Part shown: piece by piece, positions 27,641-34,805 of the stretch
Position numbering within the stretch: position 1 is the stretch's first letter
Layout: the number at the start of each line of letters is the position of its first letter
From: Gemmataceae bacterium
GTDB taxonomy: Bacteria; Planctomycetota; Planctomycetia; Gemmatales; Gemmataceae
Assembly (NCBI GenBank): GCA_031363325.1
Contig: JANLUE010001505.1
Coordinates: 1 to 37,994 of the forward strand
Direction of reading: 5' to 3'
Length of the DNA: 37,994 bases
Program-made: the position numbers and the translations under genes
The notes under the pieces: generated by a model
Told to the model about the DNA's origin: nothing
The model's input: only the letters and a program-made list of their open reading frames with translations
Database searches by the model: none

Positions 27641-30600
27641 TCACACCGATCGCTTCACGTCAAATACATCGCGATCAACGACATCGAGCCCATCGACCGA
27701 GATCAGGTCCACGCTGCCATCGCGAGAGATGACCTGGTCCGCGTCGGCCCCGCCGACCATCGTGTCGCGGCCCGTCCAGCCGATCAGGGTGTCGTTGCCC
27801 GATCCGCCATCGAGCGAATCGTTGCCGGCCCCGCCATGCAAGAAGTCCCCCTGGGCCCCGCCGATCAGGGTGTCGTTGCCATCGTCTCCGAAGAACAGGC
27901 CCTTCCAGAACGCGCCGGCCGTCGCGTCCATCTCGATCCGATCGTTGCCGCCCAGGCCGTAGACCGTGACGGTTTCGCCTTCGAGATAGTTGAAGCGAAT
28001 CTCCTGACCGTTCAGCGTGACAACCGCGACCGGGTCGCCGTTACCATCGACTTCGCGCTTCACGAGGATCACATCGTTGCCAGCGGTACCTTCGATGACG
28101 AAGCCGTCTTCATCCGCCCCGAGGTTGACGATGTCGCCGCCCGGGTTCGGAGCCGAATCGTTGCCCGCGTTGCCGAACAATCGATCGAGGCCGGCCCCGC
28201 CGATCAACGTGTCGTTGCCCGCGTTGCCGACCAGCGAGTCGTCGCCAAGACCGCCGAGCAGCGAGTCTGCGTTCGAGCCGCCCAGGATCGTGTCGTTGCC
28301 GGCCGCCCCATCAATCGTCGTTCGGCCCGAGAACGCCGTCGCGTCGATCGTCTGGCTGGCCGCGTCGCCCGTGATCAGGGCTTGCTCGAAATCGGAGATC
28401 GTGTCGGTCCCCTCGGAGATCATCGACGCGTCGGTCAACGTGATGGTCGTCGCGTTCGAGATCACGCGGATCGTATCGACCCCGTTGCCGCCATCGAGAA
28501 CATCGTCTCCCTTGGCCCCGGCGATTCGATCGTTCGCGTTGCCGCCTTGAACGGTCGCTTGACCCGAGAAATCGCCGAGGAAGACGTCGTTGTTGTTTCC
28601 GTTGACGAGCCGCAGGTTGAGTTTCTCCAACCCACCCAGGGCATCGACGACGGCCGCCCCGCCGTTGTCGGTGAAGACCGTGGCGACGTCGCTCATCGAG
28701 AACGTCATGCGGTTGTTCGACTGCAGGACTTCGTCGAAGGTGTCGATCCCGGAGCCGCCCTGAACGGTGTCTTTCCCCGTCCCGCCGGTCAGCACATCGT
28801 TGTCGCCGCCTCCGGAAACGTTGTCGTCTCCCGATCCGCCGATGACCGTATCGTCCCCGACTCCGCCACTGAGAACGTCGTTGGACCCTTGCCCATCGAG
28901 CCGATCGTTGCCGGCGTTTCCGGTCAGCGAATCGTCGCCGACTCCGCCCTGAATATCGTCTCCGGCCGACCCGCCGATCAGGTTGTCGTTTCCGTTCGCG
29001 CCGACGAGCGTGACCGGCCCATCGAAGTTGGCCGCGTTCATGGAGTTGTTGCCGACGCTCCCGACGAGTTGAGCGGCCTCGATGCTCTGCAAGGCATATT
29101 GATGGTTGCCCCCGATCCCATCGACGTTGATGAACAGGGCGGTGTTCGTGAGGCTGAAGTCCGCGTTCGCGCTTTCGGACAGGATGTCGTCCCCGGCCCC
29201 GCCATCGATCGAGTCATCTCCGAGATTGCCCACGATCGAATCGAGCCCCTGGCCCCCGAAAATCGAGTCGGCCTTCACGCCGCCGAACAACGAATCGTTC
29301 CCAAGGCCGCCGTTCAGAGTCACCGGCCCGGAAAAGGCCTGGGCGCTGATGCGGTTGTTGGCGTCGGTTCCATCGAGTTGAGCCCGATCGATCTGGGTGT
29401 GCGTGTCGCGTCCTTCGCCGTCGAAGATTGTGTTCGTGATCAACCCGTTCAAGGCGATCGTCGCGTCGAGTCGGTCGTTTCCGAGCCCGCCATCGATGCT
29501 ATCGTCTCCTTCGCCGCCGCGAATCGTATCGTCGCCGAGCCCGCCGAGCAGCGTGTCCTTGCCGTCGCGACCACTGATCGAATCGTCGCCGTTTTCGCCT
29601 TCGATGCGATCGGCCCCGCGACCGCCCGTCAGGAAATCGCCGCCCTTGCCGCCCTTGATGGTTGCGTTGCCATTGAACGTGAGGGCACTGATCTGGTTCA
29701 CGGCGTCGCTGCCCGTGAGCACGGCCCGTTCGATCGATGTGAAGGTAACCAGCTCGACGCCGGGGTTGCGTGTGAAGTTGACGTCGCTCAGGAACCCATC
29801 GTTGCTGATCGATGCGACCAGCACGTCCGAGCCCCCGCCGCCATTCAGCGTCGCCTTGCCCGTGAAGGCCGTCACATTGAAGCTATCGTTCCCGGTGCCG
29901 GCGTTGATCTCGATCTCCTCGACGGCCGTCAACGAATCGGTGCCAACGCCAACGAGTTGCGTGTTTGCCAGGACGAACGCAGTCGCTGTGTTTGATCCGT
30001 TCTCGAAGACCCGGTCCGTTCCTTGACCACCGTTGAACGTGTCGTTGCCCGAGGACCCGAACATTGTGTCCTTACCATCGTTTCCGGTGAACAGATCGTT
30101 TCCGGCCGCTCCGTTGAGAACATCGTCGTTTGAGCCGCCGACGAGGGTATCGTTGCCGAGCCCGCCGGAAAGCGTGACCTTGCCATCGAACGCGGCCGCG
30201 TTTAGGTTGTTGTTCCCGTTGCCGCCGGTCAAGTTGGCGAGTTCGACTCCGTTGACTTGATCCAGTCCAACGCCGGCCAGGGTCGTGTTCGTGAGCGTGA
30301 AGCTCACGTTGGCCGTCTCGGTGATCTGGTCGGTCCCGAGCCCGCCGATCAGCACATCGTTTCCGGTGGAGCCCGTCAGGGTATCGTCGTCTTGCCCGCC
30401 ATCGAGGAGGTCGTCGCCGAGTCGTCCATCGATGGAGTCGTTGCCGATCCCACCGACCAGCACGTCTTTGCCATTCGACCCGACGATCGTGTCGTTCCCG
30501 GAGCCTCCATCAATGTTGACGTTTTGCGAGAAGAAACTCGTGTTGAGTGCGGACGCGTTGATGGTATCCGCGCCACCATTTCCATTGACGATGAGTCCGA

Positions 30601-30811
30601 ACGTATCGGAGAGCGTGTGCCCTGTGTTGGCGTTATTGACCTGGATCGCGCCGTTGCTCAGCGAGCGCACGGTGATCAGGTCGTTGGCCGCGTCCCCGGT
30701 GACGGTCAGGATGCCGTTCGAGAACGAGACCGTGAACGCGGGCACGATGCGATCGCCGAGCGATTCGAGGTTCAGGCGGAACTTGCGATTCTTGCGCTTG
30801 AGCTGGCTCAT
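27641..30811 (-). CDS. large RTX-type calcium-binding repeat protein (hemolysin-type GGxGxD nonapeptides)
   Basis: 1056 aa from the ATG at 30811 (MSQLKRKNRKFRLNLESLGDRIVPA...). Dozens of GGxGNDxLxG-type repeats run throughout. Confidence 0.85.
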   Translation of the reverse strand: MSQLKRKNRKFRLNLESLGDRIVPAFTVSFSNGILTVTGDAANDLITVRSLSNGAIQVNNANTGHTLSDTFGLIVNGNGGADTINASALNTSFFSQNVNIDGGSGNDTIVGSNGKDVLVGGIGNDSIDGRLGDDLLDGGQDDDTLTGSTGNDVLIGGLGTDQITETANVSFTLTNTTLAGVGLDQVNGVELANLTGGNGNNNLNAAAFDGKVTLSGGLGNDTLVGGSNDDVLNGAAGNDLFTGNDGKDTMFGSSGNDTFNGGQGTDRVFENGSNTATAFVLANTQLVGVGTDSLTAVEEIEINAGTGNDSFNVTAFTGKATLNGGGGSDVLVASISNDGFLSDVNFTRNPGVELVTFTSIERAVLTGSDAVNQISALTFNGNATIKGGKGGDFLTGGRGADRIEGENGDDSISGRDGKDTLLGGLGDDTIRGGEGDDSIDGGLGNDRLDATIALNGLITNTIFDGEGRDTHTQIDRAQLDGTDANNRISAQAFSGPVTLNGGLGNDSLFGGVKADSIFGGQGLDSIVGNLGDDSIDGGAGDDILSESANADFSLTNTALFINVDGIGGNHQYALQSIEAAQLVGSVGNNSMNAANFDGPVTLVGANGNDNLIGGSAGDDIQGGVGDDSLTGNAGNDRLDGQGSNDVLSGGVGDDTVIGGSGDDNVSGGGDNDVLTGGTGKDTVQGGSGIDTFDEVLQSNNRMTFSMSDVATVFTDNGGAAVVDALGGLEKLNLRLVNGNNNDVFLGDFSGQATVQGGNANDRIAGAKGDDVLDGGNGVDTIRVISNATTITLTDASMISEGTDTISDFEQALITGDAASQTIDATAFSGRTTIDGAAGNDTILGGSNADSLLGGLGDDSLVGNAGNDTLIGGAGLDRLFGNAGNDSAPNPGGDIVNLGADEDGFVIEGTAGNDVILVKREVDGNGDPVAVVTLNGQEIRFNYLEGETVTVYGLGGNDRIEMDATAGAFWKGLFFGDDGNDTLIGGAQGDFLHGGAGNDSLDGGSGNDTLIGWTGRDTMVGGADADQVISRDGSVDLISVDGLDVVDRDVFDVKRSV

Positions 30812-31080
30812 GACGTTGACTCCGAGACGATGGATGATGGCGGTCCGCGAAGGAATGAGCCCGTAACCCGAGCGTGCGAACGGAATTCGCCCAGGGGAGC
30901 TGGCCGGAACCGTGTTCGCCGGCCGCGATGATTGCGTTGTGATTGGCGTCTCCGACGCCGCCGAGACTTGCCGTGTCCCTACCAACTACCTGGCCGGCCC
31001 GCGGAGAAGTGTGACCGGAATCGATCGGAGGCGAGCGAATCGTTGTCGGTCAATGAGTAACCAGTACTGAGAAATCACTC

Positions 31081-31155
31081 ACCACAAAGGACACAAATAT
31101 CACAAAGCATCGAATTGGATTCTTCTAACTTTGTGATCTTTGTGTCCTTTGTGGT
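31081..31155. repeat. 27-bp near-perfect inverted repeat built from 9-bp-spaced CACAAAG units
   Basis: The left arm is ACCACAAAGGACACAAATATCACAAAG. The right arm is CTTTGTGATCTTTGTGTCCTTTGTGGT, with one mismatch. The loop is 21 nt. Each arm carries 3 copies of CACAAA(G/T) at 9-bp spacing. Confidence 0.9.
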
Positions 31156-31190
31156 CAATTGGATTGTGTTCTCAACATGCATCGCGCGGC

Positions 31191-31260
31191 ACTGAGTACT
31201 GAGTACTGAGTACTGAGTACTGAGTACTGAGTACTGAGTACTCAATACTCAGTACTCAAT
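31191..31260. repeat. heptanucleotide microsatellite (ACTGAGT)x7 followed by ACTCAAT-ACTCAGT-ACTCAAT
   Basis: Counted directly: seven perfect tandem ACTGAGT units at 31191..31239. Three units of the reverse-complement type follow at 31240..31260. The last one overlaps the kinase stop codon (31256..31258). Confidence 0.95.
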
Positions 31261-34006
31261 CGTCCTTGACGCGTCGCGTCGACTGGGTCAGTTGTTTGAA
31301 TTCGTCCGTCGCAATTATTTCGGCGAAGACCGCGTCGTTGCGGAGACGCGACCAGTCTCGCAGGCCGCGATTGGACGCCACACCCAGGGCGATCAACGCT
31401 TGTCGGTGATGGATACGAACGAAGGCTTGCTCGGCCGGCGTATTCCCAAATCGGGCCGCCACACGTAGGGCGAATCGAGCCTGGCGTATGGCCAGATCCA
31501 CGTCGGGCGCGCGAAAGGAATTGAGATACGTCGCGAGATCGGAAGCTTCACCAATCGACTTCCGCCGCAGGAGCAAGTCGCCCAGGTCGATTTGCCAGGC
31601 CACGATCGCCTGGGCGTGGCGTGAGTTCTTCGGTTCGAGCCGATAGACCGCCTCGATCTCGACCTTGGCGTCGCGCATGGCCACGACCGCGTCGTCCAGT
31701 CGCTTCGGGTTCTTCGAGAGATAGACGCCCAGTCGATGGGCGATTTCGCCCGCCCGATACCGGGCGGCCAGGCCGGCGGGGTAGCGCTTCAGGTAGTCGC
31801 GCATGATCCGCAGGGCGGCCCGATAGTTCGACTCCGCATCGGGATCGCCGACGCGTTCTTGCGTTCGCGCCAGCACGGCCATCACATTACTTTCGACGTT
31901 CAGATACTTCGGGTTCACGTTCAGGCGTTGATGAATGTCCGCGATGCGCTCGACGAGGGGCCGCATCATCGTCAACGATTCCGGGTATTGACGTGACTGA
32001 TAGAGCAAACGTGCTCGCTCCGCGACAATGGAAATGGCCGCCCACTGATACATTTCATTGTGCGGGAATTCGTTGGCCAGTTCCTCGACGATCGGTTGGG
32101 CGTCGTCGAGCGATTCGCAGCGAAAGACCGGCAGCCGATTCGACTCCAACGCGTACACCCCGAGGATCGCCTCACACAATCGAAAGCGAGCGGCCGGCGA
32201 TGGGTTCTTGGCCCGACCTGCGCTCCGAAGTTCCTGGAACGCTTGCTCGTACACGAGGTCGGCCTCCGCACCGCGATCCTGTCGAACGAGTGAGATCGCC
32301 CGAATCGCGAGCGTCGACCCATAGCCGCTTCGATACTCCGCGTCGTCCGGCGCTTCGACGAGCAACTGTCGGAAGAGCGCCTCGGCCTTGTCCAAACTCG
32401 CGTTCGCCGCCGCGAAGTCCATAAACCCGAGCGACGTATCCGCGTCGTCCGAATACGCCACCGCCAGCAAATAGCGAATGTCCCGTTCGTCGCGAAGCTC
32501 GGCACGCAGTTCGTTCAACGCTTCGATGGTGTCGCGAACATGGACGCGACGAAGTTGAACGCCTTCCGAAACCTCGGTCGAAAGTTGATGGAAGACTTGC
32601 CGGCGACGATCGAAGGTTTGCAGTAGATGGCCGAAGTTTCCATCGGCCCGATCCTTCGCCTGCCGGGCCTGGTCCGCTTCCCGGTCGGCCCGTTCTTGCT
32701 CGGCGCGGGCGTGGTCCAGGGCCTTGACGAGTTTGTCGTTCGCCGTCTCGACCTGGGAGTTCTTGAAGAACAGGACGCACGTCGTGCCGGCGAGAGCGAG
32801 AATCAATCCGACGATCGCGGTCGTGACGATTTGCCGATGGCGCTTGGCCCATTTCTTGGCGTGCTGCCAGGCGGACGGGCGCTTCGCGAGAATGGGCCGA
32901 TTGTCCAGGAATCGCCGCAAATCGTCGGCCAGGTCCCGCGCGGTTCGATAGCGCTCGTCCGGGTCCTTGGCCATCGCCTTGCGGACGATCACGTCCAATT
33001 CTTCCGGCACGTTGCGATCGACGAGGCGAACGGAAGGCGGTTCGCGCTCGGAGATTTGCCGCAGCAATTGCTCGCGGGTCTCGCCCGGATACGCCGGCCC
33101 GAGCGTCAGCATTTCGTAGAGCGTCACGCCGAGCGAATAGACATCGCAACGATGATCGACCGGCCCCGGCCGAAGCGTCGCCTGCTCGGGGCTCATGTAC
33201 CGGAGCGTGCCGACCACGTCACCGGTCATCGTTAGGCGAACATCGCTCCGCACGTGGGCGAGTCCGAAGTCCGTAACCCAGACCTGGCCGTCCGGGTCGA
33301 TGATCAAGTTCGCCGGCTTGATGTCGCGATGGATGACGCCGTTGGCGTGCGCGTACTCGAGCGCCTCGGCCGCCTGGACGCCGCAGCGCGCGACCCAGGG
33401 GTAGTAATCCGCCTTGCGGCCCGAGCGAACCGTCGAAAGCAACCCCTGGGGAGGCGTCGTGTCGCCTTCGATCGGCGCGGGCTTCGTCGTCCGCAACTCC
33501 GCGATCACCTCGGCGACCGTATGGCCATCGATGAACTGCATCGCGTAGAAATGCACGCCGCGATCGGTGCCGATGCCATAGACCGGGACGATGTTCGTGT
33601 GATGCAGTTGCCCGGCGGCCTGAGCTTCCGTCTTGAACCTTTGCAATTGTCGTTGATCGAGCGCGGCCGCGAAGGGGAGAACCTTCAACGCGACGCGTCG
33701 ACTCAGGCTGATCTGTTCCGCCTCGTAGACGACGCCCATCCCGCCGCGACCGACCTGACGAACGATGCGAAAGTCGCCGAGTTGACCGGGCGCGCCGTCT
33801 TCGGTCGAACTGGGCAACGCGTCCTGATCCGGGGCCCGCATCGCGGCCAGGGTGGGAAACATCTGGCGAATGAAGTTCGCGATCCGGGGATACCGCTGGG
33901 TGTATTCCTCGATCGTCGGCGCGTCGCCGCGCGCGAGGCGATCGAGGAACTCGTCCGCGACCTGGGCCATCAACGATTCAACCGAAACGTCTTCCGCGGT
34001 GGTCAC
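31256..34006 (-). CDS. membrane Ser/Thr protein kinase with C-terminal TPR-like sensor region
   Basis: 916 aa with a GTG start. Kinase motifs VALKVL, HRDIKPANLI, DFGLA and YMSPEQ. One TM helix (IVTTAIVGLILALAGTTCVLFF). Long helical-repeat C-terminus. Confidence 0.9.
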   Translation of the reverse strand: MTTAEDVSVESLMAQVADEFLDRLARGDAPTIEEYTQRYPRIANFIRQMFPTLAAMRAPDQDALPSSTEDGAPGQLGDFRIVRQVGRGGMGVVYEAEQISLSRRVALKVLPFAAALDQRQLQRFKTEAQAAGQLHHTNIVPVYGIGTDRGVHFYAMQFIDGHTVAEVIAELRTTKPAPIEGDTTPPQGLLSTVRSGRKADYYPWVARCGVQAAEALEYAHANGVIHRDIKPANLIIDPDGQVWVTDFGLAHVRSDVRLTMTGDVVGTLRYMSPEQATLRPGPVDHRCDVYSLGVTLYEMLTLGPAYPGETREQLLRQISEREPPSVRLVDRNVPEELDVIVRKAMAKDPDERYRTARDLADDLRRFLDNRPILAKRPSAWQHAKKWAKRHRQIVTTAIVGLILALAGTTCVLFFKNSQVETANDKLVKALDHARAEQERADREADQARQAKDRADGNFGHLLQTFDRRRQVFHQLSTEVSEGVQLRRVHVRDTIEALNELRAELRDERDIRYLLAVAYSDDADTSLGFMDFAAANASLDKAEALFRQLLVEAPDDAEYRSGYGSTLAIRAISLVRQDRGAEADLVYEQAFQELRSAGRAKNPSPAARFRLCEAILGVYALESNRLPVFRCESLDDAQPIVEELANEFPHNEMYQWAAISIVAERARLLYQSRQYPESLTMMRPLVERIADIHQRLNVNPKYLNVESNVMAVLARTQERVGDPDAESNYRAALRIMRDYLKRYPAGLAARYRAGEIAHRLGVYLSKNPKRLDDAVVAMRDAKVEIEAVYRLEPKNSRHAQAIVAWQIDLGDLLLRRKSIGEASDLATYLNSFRAPDVDLAIRQARFALRVAARFGNTPAEQAFVRIHHRQALIALGVASNRGLRDWSRLRNDAVFAEIIATDEFKQLTQSTRRVKDD

Positions 34007-34629
34007 AGTTCACCTTCGGTTTCGGAAAACAACTGCCGATGGAGGCGAACGATGGCCCGGCTGTGGCGCTTGCGGGCGGCCGCCGGGTCGATGCCGAGCA
34101 GATAGGCCGCCTCTTCGTGCGAGAGCCCTTCGAAGACCCGCAGGACGATCACTTCGCGGTCGGCCGGGTCCAATCGATCAACCGCGTCGCGAACCCGGCC
34201 GGCGAGTTCCTCGCGGCTGACTTGCTGGCTCGGCGTCGAGTTCGTACCCGGCAACTGCAAGGCGAGTTGGAGGAACGAATCGTCCGGGATGCGGACTTCC
34301 CGTCCGGTGGCCCGTCGGGCCGTTGTCAGATGATAGCGACGCAGCTTGCTCATCCGCTCGGCAGCCAGTTGCCGGAGCCAGAGCCGAAACGGTACGTCCG
34401 GGTTCTCGATATACGCCTGGAACCGCCGCAGCGCCTCGAGTTGAGTCTCCTGAACGATGTCCGAGGCATCGACCCGTTGCCGGAGGCGATCGTCCATGCG
34501 GAACTGGATCATCCGAACCAGGTACGGCCGATAATGTTCGAACAAGCGGTTGAACGCGACGGCGTCGCCCGTCCTGGCTCGAACGAGCAGGCTCGCGGTC
34601 TCGGCGGTGTCCGGCGCAGGCTCCGGCAT
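34003..34629 (-). CDS. ECF-type RNA polymerase sigma-70 factor
   Basis: 208 aa. Region 2 (FNRLFEHYRPYLVRMI...DIVQETQLEALR) and region 4 (REVIVLRVFEGLSHEEAAYLLGIDPAAARKRHSRAIVRL). The stop overlaps the kinase GTG start (GTGA). Confidence 0.9.
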   Translation of the reverse strand: MPEPAPDTAETASLLVRARTGDAVAFNRLFEHYRPYLVRMIQFRMDDRLRQRVDASDIVQETQLEALRRFQAYIENPDVPFRLWLRQLAAERMSKLRRYHLTTARRATGREVRIPDDSFLQLALQLPGTNSTPSQQVSREELAGRVRDAVDRLDPADREVIVLRVFEGLSHEEAAYLLGIDPAAARKRHSRAIVRLHRQLFSETEGEL

Positions 34630-34706
34630 GGCAGTCCCCTACCTACTCTTGGCCGGGCCGCCGGCAGATGTGACCGAGTATTTGGAGAATTCCAAATGGC
34701 TTTGGC

Positions 34707-34732
34707 ATTGCCACCAGAATCCAATTGCCACC
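34707..34732. repeat. direct repeat ATTGCCACC x2 (17-bp spacing) upstream of the ECF sigma gene
   Basis: ATTGCCACC occurs at 34707..34715 and 34724..34732, which is 78-103 nt upstream of the sigma start codon on the minus strand. Confidence 0.8.
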
Positions 34733-34761
34733 GTTAGCGCGGCTGGTGGGAAATGGTTGCG

Positions 34762-34800
34762 TTTGCACTCCCACGGCTACTAGGGTCGTGGGAATGCAAA
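34762..34800 (-). terminator. hairpin 5 nt downstream of the selenoprotein-candidate stop
   Basis: tttgcactcccacg-N11-cgtgggaatgcaaa forms a 14-bp stem with one mismatch. No clear U-tract follows, so terminator function is uncertain. Confidence 0.35.
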
Positions 34801-34805
34801 CTCGC

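Noticed and set aside
27641-30811. Highly periodic DNA in the RTX gene, considered as a possible CRISPR-like or other noncoding repeat array
   Set aside because: The periodicity is the 27-nt nonapeptide (GGxGxDxxx) coding repeat within one long open frame. There are no unique spacers and no noncoding character.
30812-30985. TTG-initiated 58-aa N-terminal extension of the RTX-repeat ORF
   Set aside because: The extension has no signal-like or conserved features. The ATG at 30811 places the shared RLxLExLxxRxxPA motif at the same distance from the N-terminus as in the 1730-aa protein.
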